From Cirrosporium novae-zelandiae (lineage: Eukaryota), in assembly GCA_026023565.1 (NCBI GenBank), contig JAPETS010000008.1, positions 862,685-882,684 on the forward strand: a DNA stretch of 20,000 bases, in the 5' to 3' direction. Position numbers and translations under genes: made by a program. This document shows, in pieces, positions 10,241 to 19,956 of this stretch (position 1 is its first letter; every line of letters begins with the position of its first letter). Under the pieces are notes generated by a model. That model did no database searches, was not told where the DNA came from, and saw only the letters and a list, made by a program, of their open reading frames with translations.

Positions 10241-12424
10241 TGATGAAGATATAGGTGGAGACCTCTGGGAGGTTAATCATTGCAAGAAAAGCGAGCAAGA
10301 GCTCGCGTTGCTGGAGGCGATGTACAAATATCTGGATTGGTACTGGTGGCGCACTCTGGGGCTTATTCTTCTGTTACATATCATTGCTCCGGGAGGGGCT
10401 TGGCTTTTCCGTTTGAGTTGGAGAAGCCGTTTTCTATTTCAAACAATTCTTCCTTTCTGCAGATGTTGCACGGCGTTTGTTCCCCATGTTTCGACGATAC
10501 CCCGACGGGGTCTGGTACTGAACTTTGGACATATGCAACTTTCCTTTAGCGATATTGATCTGATGCAAGTGACCTGGACCTAATTTCTTTTCTTTCTTTT
10601 TTTGGGAGTGTCGAAGTATTTTCTTTTCTTCGTCTTCTTTTATTCCCTCCCTTCTTTTATTTCCCCTTTTCCCTCGGGGACTTGTCTTCCGACATGATGA
10701 ATTTCCAGGGCTCGATTAGTGTATGATATTCGATAAAATAATGCGTCTCTATCGAGCTGTTTGGTTCTCTTTTTGTTTTATTTTATTTTGGAGACGGGTA
10801 AGCAAATGAGATGGGGCCAGAGTTCTGTGGAGTTTTACATGGGCAGGTAGATGCATGTTCGGTGTGACGAATAGACCAACATGTCTTTTTACCAAATATT
10901 CAGTATTAGGGTAACTGCAGGAATGCGTTCGATTTTTGAAGTGTACAGCAGTAGAGGCTAAAGGCTAGAAGAGTGACCGGATATGCCGTTCCCCAAAGAA
11001 GCAGATAAGGATTGATGTTACGTCGTGAGTGGTGACTCGTGGGGCAGACTCGGCAGAGGCGCAAGAGCTTATCGACATGTAACTAAGTATGGATACAAGA
11101 GAGTCTAGACAGTCAGGTAGCTTGAACTACCGACGTACTATGTAATGTGTAGATGACCGTTGAGTGATTAGTTGGGTTTAAAGTCGTAACATGGATTGCC
11201 TCATTCCTGGGACCTGGGAGCTTCAGGCATTGACGGCATTGAGAGCAATCCGCACCAACAACTTGATGCCAACAAATGGAAAAATAGACAGGGCCACTAA
11301 TTGCGGCTTTATGACCGTTTATGCATGGTTATTACATTCTGCTATTAATACAATCGTCATCAAGGTACCGTTGCTTTTCTCTGGTCTTGTTGGCGAGTCA
11401 AATGATAGATTGTGTGTCAAGAGTAGTGTGGGAATCTTAGGACGGGGGGGGGGGCATTTTCCCAAGGATGTCATTAGAAGTGGATCACCCATCGCGAATA
11501 GATGAATAAATCGCGAATGGGATGATACCGGAGACATGTTTTGAACCTTTGAATGTTGTTTTCTTTCTTTTTGGTCAAACAGTGGTGAGCCTGATGAGAT
11601 AATAAGGATGGATGATGAAGCCCAAGGATGGGAAAACCTGATGGAAATCAAGCCTTTTTGAGTCTTTGTGCCCCTTTGTTTGTCGACGGTGCTGAAGTTT
11701 ATTGCTTTAACTGTGTACACTGGAGACTGACTGGGGGGGAGCACTCAGGTGAGTTCTGGCGGAGTCTGGCTGTGAGTGCCTTTTTGAGAGAAATCCATGC
11801 CGAGGGTTTGGGAGAGTTTGTTGGGTGCCTAGATTTACAGGTGCTAAGGTGGAAAGAGGGGGTATTGTCCTGTATCTGTACTTGTTTGTATCTGCTGTAA
11901 TTATCTAGTTGTATCTGTAACCGATACATGGACTGTGCTGTAATTATGTACTGTACTTTCACCAAGTGCTCTTCCGGGTGGGCTCAGAACATGACAATTG
12001 AACATCTGCAGGGTTGTTGATGTTGAATATATACATATGTAGCTAATGAGTGATTCCAAAGGGAGTAATTACACAGGATGATGTGCTGCATTAAGTTGTT
12101 AAACAAAGCATTTCTGTGTGTTTTCTAATTATGGTACTTGGTACTTGCAGGTCCTGAGCTATTCAATGGCATATTTTGGTATTGGGCGGCAAAGGGCGTG
12201 CCAAGACATAAGCGAAGCACTTTTTTTGGTCGAATTTCATACTTTGGGTGCCCATATCGACCTGAACCACCGCTCTCTCTATTCTGTTTTGCTCTGCTTT
12301 CCTTTACTCTGCTTTCTCTTGTCCTTCACTATCTCTCTCTCTCTGCCTTTTTAGACTTCTTACTTTACCACGACATTCCAACTTTACTTCCTTGAACTTC
12401 CCTGGAAAAAAGTACAAGTCAGAG

Positions 12425-12718
12425 GTTAGTAGTGCCTCCTTTCTTCCTCAGCCTTCCTTTCTTTTTTACATATAGCCTCACATCCCCCCCCTCCCCCCCT
12501 CCTCTCTGACTTGTCAACCTCGAAAATCTTTCATAAATCCCCCCCCCTCATTGTCATCTTTTGACGAAAGTATCAAAGTCAGTCAATTCAATCAACTAAT
12601 TAATTAATCTGTCAATCAAGTCAGTCAAGTTAGTTTTCGGTTGTTAAGTTCATCAAGTGTTACTTACCGTTGTAACTTGGTTGGCTTGGTTTGGTCTGAC
12701 AAAGGTATGATTTAACAG
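12425..12718 (+). other. Putative 5'-UTR intron A of the CK1 gene
   Basis: GAG|GTTAGT donor, TCTGAC branch at 12695-12700, TTTAACAG acceptor; no coding frame is available to confirm it. Confidence 0.5.
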
Positions 12719-12830
12719 GTCCCCCAGCCCCCCCCCAGTGCTGCCCCCCTCGCAAAAGTCCCCCTTCACCTGCTTGGCTCGGAGATTCGACCTTCTCAGA
12801 TCAGCCGACTTGCAGATCGCTTTTGACAAG

Positions 12831-13294
12831 GTGTGCGTGATCCCGTTCTGCCAATTCTAAACCTTCGAGAAGACTTCGCCTGGTATCCTAAATCTCAACA
12901 CCTCTTTTCTCTAAAAAGCTTCTAAGCTACACAACCCCCCCTCCCCCAAAAAAAGGTCATCAACTTTTCAGGAACAGAACTGACTTTGGAGAATAATCCA
13001 CGTCCTTCTGCTTTCTCATCATCGACCTTCTCACCTCCTCTTCGTCAGTTGACTTTGAGACCTGACCTTCACCGCCTCGGTCCCGCTTACCATTTACTAA
13101 TCCCGTCACTTCATCAGGCTGTACCTACCTACATTCAATATCTGGTCCTTCTTCACCATCAAACTTATCCACACCGACCAACCTACCTCTCGCCTCACAA
13201 CTCCTAAACTTCAACCTCCCTTAACGACCTCTTGGTCATAACCACCAACAATAGCATTTATTTCGCCTGGTTAACTAATACCTATACTATCCAG
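12831..13294 (+). other. Putative 5'-UTR intron B of the CK1 gene
   Basis: AAG|GTGTGC donor (less certain), ACTAAT branch at 13274-13279, and CCAG acceptor 34 nt before the ATG. Confidence 0.5.
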
Positions 13295-13328
13295 ACAAAC
13301 ACGGATCGGACACACACAATCCTTCACG

Positions 13329-14982
13329 ATGACTACTATGGTATGTGTACCTGGATATCAATATGTCCCATTGCTCCTTGCCGGAAGCCACAGATGTAAA
13401 AAATTCTCAGCCTTCTCGTGGCTCAACGGTCTTGATGCTTATTGTGTTTACTTGGTTCCTTACACGGTAGCGTGTAGGACTAAACCGGCTCATCTAGCTG
13501 ACCGCTGCACACCCTACTCTATCAATTTAATATATATCAATATCTTGAACAATAACTAACATGGCTTCATTAGGACCTTCGCGTCGGTAATAAGTACCGC
13601 ATTGGCCGTAAGATTGGCAGCGGCTCTTTTGGTGATATCTACCTTGGTAAGAGTCACTGCTCCGTTCTATATCGACATGGTTATCTGATAGCTGCCCAGG
13701 AACAAACATCATTTCTGGTGAAGAGATTGCTATTAAGCTTGAGAGCGTCAAGGCTAAACACCCCCAACTTGAATATGAAGCTCGTGTCTACAAATCACTT
13801 GCCGGTGGCGTTGGTATTCCATTCGTCCGTTGGTTTGGTACCGAGTGTGATTACAATGCTATGGTGCTCGACCTTCTTGGCCCTAGTTTGGAAGATCTTT
13901 TTAATTTCTGCAACCGCAAGTTCTCGCTGAAGACTGTTTTGTTGTTGGCCGACCAGCTCATCTCGCGTATCGAATACATTCATGCCAAATCCTTTATCCA
14001 TCGTGATATCAAGCCCGACAACTTCTTGATGGGCATCGGCAAGCGTGGAAACCAAGTCAACGTCATTGACTTTGGCCTTGCTAAGAAATATCGTGACCCA
14101 AAGACTCACTTCCATATTCCATACCGTGAGAACAAGAACTTGACCGGTACTGCTCGTTATGCTAGTATCAACACCCATCTCGGAGTTGGTATGTAAATCG
14201 TTTGCACTGGATTAAAGTGACTGTCTAATATTTGTATAGAACAATCCCGTCGTGATGACATGGAGTCCCTGGGCTATGTTATGCTCTACTTCTGCCGTGG
14301 TTCCCTTCCATGGCAAGGACTCAAGGCTGCTACCAAGAAGCAAAAGTACGACCGTATCATGGAGAAGAAGATGACTACCCCAACCGAGGTCCTTTGCCGT
14401 GGCTTCCCCAACGAGTTTGCCATCTACCTCAACTACACCCGTTCGCTCCGATTCGATGATAAGCCCGATTACTCTTACCTGAGGAAGATATTCCGCGACC
14501 TCTTTGTCCGTGAAAGCTTCCAGTATGACTACGTCTTTGATTGGACTGTCTACAAGTATCAGAAGAATGCTCAGGCTATCGCCCAAGCTACTGGCAATGG
14601 CCAAAATGCGGAGGAAGAGGAAAAACAAGGTCGTCGTCATAACACAGGTACGAACATAACAATCACAGGTCCTCCCAAACCAAATGCCTTATCTGTGTCA
14701 CAATCAGGTGCTATTTCCACAAACCGACGTAGGGTCGCAAACAACGCCGCCGAAGCCACCCCTGAGACGAACCGAGCTGTTGGTGGAAGCGATAGGATGT
14801 GAGTATATGAAACCTTCGGTTCCGTGTAAGGAACTCTTCTCCTCTGCCTTTAGTGTGTTTGAGACAATGCGCTGGGCGTGGGGGATACTTAATCGAAAGC
14901 TCTGACTAATGCTATAGCCGACGACATTAGGCTCAGATCTGCTTCCAAGGGCAACCAAAATGGCTATCGCGCTGGATGGTGA
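13329..14982 (+). CDS. hhp1: Casein kinase I, delta/epsilon-type (Hhp1/Hrr25/CkiA). Exons 13329-13340, 13574-13646, 13700-14188, 14240-14798, 14931-14982 (394 aa isoform); other C-termini are possible.
   Basis: Spliced translation [43 protein letters not shown]...[10 protein letters not shown]...IDFGLAKKY...[29 protein letters not shown]...LPWQGLKA carries the CK1 signatures (SIN motif, LPWQGL). Introns 13341-13573, 13647-13699, 14189-14239 and 14799-14930 are all GT-AG with CTRAY-like branch sites. The choice of last exon is less certain than the gene call. Confidence 0.96.
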
Positions 14983-15600
14983 TTGTATCTGGGGCTCAGC
15001 AGTTGTTCCTAGGATGCTCTGAACATCTGGCAATGGAACTTTACATATCTTCATCTTGATCGACTTGTCCATGACGGCTAAAACTGCTCGAATTGGCACA
15101 TTATTCGACATACACTCAGCTTTTTCTTCCAACTTTCCGTTTTCTGGTCTTTTATGGCTTTACGCTGGCCCGACTCGAGCTTCGGTTTCCTATGGATGTA
15201 ATCGGTCTCGGATTGACAGCGGTTAATATCAGGACCTCAATTTCACAATATTCCGAGGCCTACCAGGAAAGCAATTGGACTACGACCCATGCTTATCGAT
15301 CTTCGGCTCTAATTTTCCATCCTTGTTATTGCTCACAGTTGGCTACCTCATTGATTTAGCTAACTAGTGCAGTAATGAGATAATGTCTCTGAGCGACGAA
15401 GCGGTTGAACATGGAACGGCAAGGTTGACAAGAATGCTTTATTTCCACTCTATCAAGTTTGTGTGGTATTGTCTATGGGTTTTTACATAACCTCAGCCTT
15501 TCTCTCACACTCTTCCCCTTGTTATTTTTTATATCAAAGCACAGTTTTCTATGTTGATTAGCATGTTATGTTTTTTTTTTTTTTCCTTTGCGAATGCCAG

Positions 15601-15847
15601 CGATCAGGGGACGAAATTGACAGGGTTAGTTTTGAGGATCGGAGGACGGCCGCAGCGCTCAGCCCTTGGCTTAGATACGGGTTATTTTACACATGGAAAC
15701 CTAACTGTATCACGGAGCTCGAGGGCTTTAGGACTTGCTGGGATGTGGGTTGGTCATGTTTTAGGGCTTCTCGTGGAGGATATGGTTAGGGTCGCTTCCG
15801 GGGTGGTTTTGTCGCTGGCATTCAAATCAACTTTTACTACTCTTTAG
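15601..15847 (+). other. Candidate distal alternative terminal coding exon of CK1
   Basis: A long T tract and GCCAG acceptor end at 15600. Joining to the phase-2 donor at 14799 gives ...GGSDR-I-DQGTKLTGLVLRIGGRPQRSALGLDTGYF..., open for 81 further codons to TAG at 15845-15847. Confidence 0.35.
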
Positions 15848-16314
15848 CATTTGCGATTGCCAATAGCATCATTTGGGTCAGATTGATCATGGAACTTTTA
15901 GAAACACATTGTTTCTTCTCATGGTTGTTCAAGCCTAGATAGAAATCAAACAAAAAAATAAATTGGGTTTCTTATGGGGATATGACATTGGCCACGAAGC
16001 AGCAGTGGACTCGGGAATGAGGGAAGTAAGTTTCGTTGAGACAAGCAACGGCATTATATTCCTGTTCTGTGTACACAGTAAAGGTACATGGTATTTTGGA
16101 GCATAAACTAGAGAAGACAGTCTAGAGTAACTAGTTAATACGTGATATCTGGTTGGCCATTTGGAAAGGCAGCCCCAGGTTTTCTGCTGAGGCACGGACC
16201 TCCAGTTCAAAAAAGTTCAGATAGGATTTTGCCTCAGCTTCCGCAGCGCTATTCATTCCTTAACGCTTCTCTCTCTTAGATCTATCCCTTTCCGACAACA
16301 TAACCAGGGGTACA

Positions 16315-19191
16315 ATGATTCGTACCCGTCAAGCCATTTGCAATTCATGCAGACAGGACCTGCTCAGTCTTTTTCGTCATGGATTTTGCGAAGCTTCCCC
16401 CATGCGGCCTACGCTAAGAACTCCGAGATCGATACGACCACTTAAATACTATGGTACGGCTTCCGTATCTATGCTTGCCAAGAGACACACTGGGGAGATA
16501 AGGAGGTTCGGAACAAGTGCTCTAAAAAAGGAAGAACAGCGCTCTGCTGCCGATGATGTCAACCCTTCGTTCCAAGATTCTACATCGACACCAGAAGAAA
16601 CCAAGGCTGAAGAAGTCAAGACCTCCGAAACCCAGACCGAAGATGCCGCATCTCCACTACCTGACAGCACCCTTGAAGAATCCTCACAGAGGTTAGAAAC
16701 TCTACTACTAGAGATGCGATCTTACATCGGACCTGAGAAATTCGATCAATTATGGCAAGATTTGGATGTAGATGAGGAAGGTCACGGAAAGCTGGAGGCG
16801 CTATTGAGGGCTATAAAAGAAGAAGAAGAGGAAGGGAAACTTGGTTTGGATGAATATACTGGAAACATGGCAAAGGAAGACGGTATGCTGTGGGAAGAGT
16901 GGGCAAAGTTAGAGAAGGAATATGGTGAACACCATACCCAAACAGATGACGCATCTTCTCAAGAGGCACGACCACAAGTCCCGTCAGAAACGCAACAACT
17001 CTCACCTGAGCAAATGGCTCTTATGGCTCGCCAAAAATATGGTGACCGCCTTCCTGCAGACATGCTCACAGAAGAAGAGCTCCAAATATATAAAAGACTC
17101 TACGGTACCCCACTCAAAGCGTACGACCATAATAAACAGGACCTTGGAGAAAATATCAAGGAGAAAGAGGGAGGGGCCACACTTATGAGACAAAACGTTG
17201 AAGGAGGCCTAGAAGAAATAGATGGTGAATCATCATTGTTACCCTCCGCCAATGCAGAAGAGGCAGAGGAGCATGTCGAGGAAGACTATGAGACTAAAGA
17301 CGTTAAAGAATATGCCCTCACCCCTGAAGAATTAGCTCAATATCCAGCCTCCCACTTTCGTACCCACCCTCTCACAGCTCTTGGTCGTTTCTCCAGCGAA
17401 CGAACTATCTTCCTTCCCCAAAAAGCCTTAGTCAAACCCGTCTCTGAAATTCTGTCCGAATCCTCCAACAAACACATCTCCGAAGCCGCACTCAAAGCCT
17501 TTGGGGGTCCTCTCCTACCCTTTTCAACCAGCACACCAGTATCAAAACGACATATACAACAACAGCCTATTCCGTTATCTTCGAGCCAGCATAACATGAC
17601 CGAGCAGGAAGGAAATGCATTTGTAGCGGCGCTGTATCCGGGAAATTATGCTACCGCATCATCCATACTATTAGAGTTGCGCAAACGTCTCGGAGCGGAT
17701 TGGATCCCTCAACTCCTTGCGAAACCCGGTGGACCGAAAGTTTTGGATGTAGGTTCTGGCGGTGCTGGAGTGATTGCTTGGAGAGAAGTGCTGAAAGCTG
17801 AATGGTTACGCATTGCAGAGGGGGGTCAGAAAGAAATGCCTATTGCGGCTCTAGGCAAAGCAACTGTTATAGCAGGATCATCTACCCTTCGTCATCGGGC
17901 TAGCAGAATGCTAGAAAATACGACTTTCTTGCCGCGCCTCCCTGACTACGTGCATGTCAAGGATCCAGAGAGTACACAAAGAAAACAATTTGATGTCATC
18001 ATTGCGCCGAACACGCTATGGAGCTTCAAAGAAGACTGGATGCGCAAGCAACACGTACAGAATCTATGGAGCTTACTAGATCGGAATGGTGGCATCTTGA
18101 TTCTGATTGAGAAAGGTCTTAGCAGGGGGTTTGAAATGATTGCCGGGGCAAGAGAGATGCTGCTGAACCGATATATACTCTCTCCTGACGAGAAAACGGA
18201 TCAAGACCAAAGCCAAGAGGATCCTGATGAACCCATCGAAGCCCACGCGGGACAGCTTCCCACGAAGAAAGAACCAGGCCAAATCCTGGCGCCCTGTACA
18301 AACCACGTCCAGTGTCCTATGTTCCTGCACAGCGGTCACAGCAGCGGTCGAAAGGATTTTTGCCATTTCTCCCAACGATATATCCGGCCGCCCTTTCTGC
18401 AGAGGTTAGTCGGCGCCACGAGTTACAACCACGAGGACGTTCGGTTCAGCTATATAGCAGTTCGAAGGGGTAGAGACATGAGGAGAGAATTCGACGAGCA
18501 AACGGGCGGAAAACTAGTGCAAGGAGAGGAAGCAACTGGCAAGGCGTTCAAGGGGTTCGAAATTGCTCAAGAAGAAACGAAACAACAAGAGGATGTCTCC
18601 TCTTCCTCTTTACCTAGCGCAACAGAAACAGAGGCTCAACCAGCATCAACACCTTCCTCTCCCTCCACGGACACCAACACCCACATAGACACAAACACAA
18701 ACATAAACACCCTCTCCCTCCCCCGCGCCATCCTCCCCCCCATAAAACGCCGCGGTCACGTAATCCTCGACCTCTGTACCCCCTCCGGCCGCATCGAACG
18801 CTGGACAGTGCCCCGCTCGCACAGCAGGCAAGCCTACCGCGACGCGCGCAAATCCCAATGGGGTGATCTATGGGCTCTAGGCGCCAAGACCCGAATACCT
18901 CGAAACATTCGCATCGGGATAAAGAAGGTTCGGAAGGGGAAGACTGTGGATGTGAATGAGGAGGATTTGAATGGGGATGAGGATGCGAAGGTGGGGGTGG
19001 AGGGCGGGTTCGATTTTGGAGATTTGAGGGATTTGAGGGAGATGAAGGCGCTGAGGAAGACGGAGAAGAGAAAGAGGGTTAAGAGGGCTAGGGGGAAGGG
19101 GGATTTGAATCTTGATAAGAGGGGGAGGATGAGGGGGAGGGGGAAACGGGCTGAGGAGGACGAGGACGAGGACGCGGACGAGCTTGATTGA
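16315..19191 (+). CDS. RSM22: Mitochondrial small ribosomal subunit assembly factor / methyltransferase-like protein Rsm22 (METTL17 family), single exon, 958 aa
   Basis: R/S-rich, acid-poor N-terminus resembling a mitochondrial presequence; SAM-binding-like VLDVGSGGAG; family motifs GGILILIEKG..GFEMIAGARE, ILAPCTNHVQCPM, DFCHFSQRYIRP, FSYIAVRRG, PPIKRRGHVILDLCTPSGRIERWTVPRS and AYRDARKSQWGDLW. Confidence 0.93.
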   Translation: MIRTRQAICNSCRQDLLSLFRHGFCEASPMRPTLRTPRSIRPLKYYGTASVSMLAKRHTGEIRRFGTSALKKEEQRSAADDVNPSFQDSTSTPEETKAEEVKTSETQTEDAASPLPDSTLEESSQRLETLLLEMRSYIGPEKFDQLWQDLDVDEEGHGKLEALLRAIKEEEEEGKLGLDEYTGNMAKEDGMLWEEWAKLEKEYGEHHTQTDDASSQEARPQVPSETQQLSPEQMALMARQKYGDRLPADMLTEEELQIYKRLYGTPLKAYDHNKQDLGENIKEKEGGATLMRQNVEGGLEEIDGESSLLPSANAEEAEEHVEEDYETKDVKEYALTPEELAQYPASHFRTHPLTALGRFSSERTIFLPQKALVKPVSEILSESSNKHISEAALKAFGGPLLPFSTSTPVSKRHIQQQPIPLSSSQHNMTEQEGNAFVAALYPGNYATASSILLELRKRLGADWIPQLLAKPGGPKVLDVGSGGAGVIAWREVLKAEWLRIAEGGQKEMPIAALGKATVIAGSSTLRHRASRMLENTTFLPRLPDYVHVKDPESTQRKQFDVIIAPNTLWSFKEDWMRKQHVQNLWSLLDRNGGILILIEKGLSRGFEMIAGAREMLLNRYILSPDEKTDQDQSQEDPDEPIEAHAGQLPTKKEPGQILAPCTNHVQCPMFLHSGHSSGRKDFCHFSQRYIRPPFLQRLVGATSYNHEDVRFSYIAVRRGRDMRREFDEQTGGKLVQGEEATGKAFKGFEIAQEETKQQEDVSSSSLPSATETEAQPASTPSSPSTDTNTHIDTNTNINTLSLPRAILPPIKRRGHVILDLCTPSGRIERWTVPRSHSRQAYRDARKSQWGDLWALGAKTRIPRNIRIGIKKVRKGKTVDVNEEDLNGDEDAKVGVEGGFDFGDLRDLREMKALRKTEKRKRVKRARGKGDLNLDKRGRMRGRGKRAEEDEDEDADELD
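18670..18711 (+). repeat. In-frame 18-nt imperfect duplication / AC-rich hexamer repeat in RSM22 (DTNTHI-DTNTNI-NT)
   Basis: GACACCAACACCCACATA followed by GACACAAACACAAACATA and AACACC. Confidence 0.75.
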
Positions 19192-19837
19192 TTAGCCCAG
19201 TCAGCGAGCAAGCGAGTCATTATGTTAAACCCTTCCTTTCCCTTCCCTCCCCCTTCTCTTCTAAGGGGTGTGTGGGTAGGCAAGCTCAACGAAACGAAAA
19301 CAACACCAGGCAAAAAGATTCATATAAACGCCGTGTACGATATTTTTTTTTCTTTTAAAAAAAAGTGAAAGGGCCTATATCAGATATCAGGCTGGTTATG
19401 TTATGATGATGAATCGAGAAACTAAAAAAAAAAAGGTTGGGGTTATTGGGGATGTTTTAACTAATATGGATGGATGGATATGTTATACAAAGAGAGGGAG
19501 AGAGGGAGGGAGAGAAAATGAAACCTTAAACACTTAAAAAATGGTTAATTCCTTCTTGCTATAGACGTACGTACACGCATACCTCCAGATATACATATTC
19601 ATAAATCGAACGGATTCATTATCCACCTACCTACCTACCCACGGACAGGTATACAGACACAGGCATATAGACAACATAGACAAACATGGAGACAACACAG
19701 GCATCCAGACAACACAATCTATACACTAACATCCCCCGTCTCTAATCCCCCAATCCCCCTCCGTTACAAGCGGGGAGAGAAGGGCGTGAACCACAAATCC
19801 ACAGATAGATAAATTCTATAGATTTCGTTATTTCATT

Positions 19838-19923
19838 ATTGGCTGGCTTGGTTTGATTGGTTGATTTGTTGGTTGGTTGATTGGTTGATTGATTTGTTAT
19901 TTGGTTACTTTGGTTGTTGTTGA
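19838..19923. repeat. Degenerate (TTGG/TTGA)n tetranucleotide microsatellite
   Basis: Read directly: ttggctggcttggtttgattggttgatttgttggttggttgattggttgattgatttg... Confidence 0.8.
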
Positions 19924-19930
19924 ATCTTGT

Positions 19931-19956
19931 ATCCATCATCTACATCCATCATCTAC
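19931..19956. repeat. Perfect 13-bp tandem duplication (ATCCATCATCTAC)x2
   Basis: Copies at 19931-19943 and 19944-19956. Confidence 0.85.

Noticed and set aside
10694..10800. ATGATGA box-C-like motif (also near 3427 and 19403) as a C/D snoRNA
   Set aside because: No suitably spaced CTGA box D with a terminal stem.
10280..12395. Short ORFs between teaA and CK1 (e.g. 11191-11505, 11319-11744)
   Set aside because: No family resemblance or supporting exon structure; consistent with chance ORFs in UTR or intergenic DNA.
13329..13573. 76-aa ORF 13329-13559 and the ATG at 13561 as an alternative CK1 start
   Set aside because: The ORF is read-through into intron 1; the 13561 ATG is 13 nt before exon 2 and out of frame.
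18834..19313. 159-aa antisense ORF overlapping the RSM22 end
   Set aside because: Mirror image of the purine-rich tail (S/F/L/P-rich); its lack of stops follows from base composition.
19720..19939. Minus-strand N/Q-rich 65-aa ORF, or a terminal exon (e.g. IYLSVDLWFTPFSPRL*) of a convergent gene
   Set aside because: The N/Q content is translated microsatellite, and there is no consensus branch site or visible donor; it cannot be supported without sequence beyond the window.
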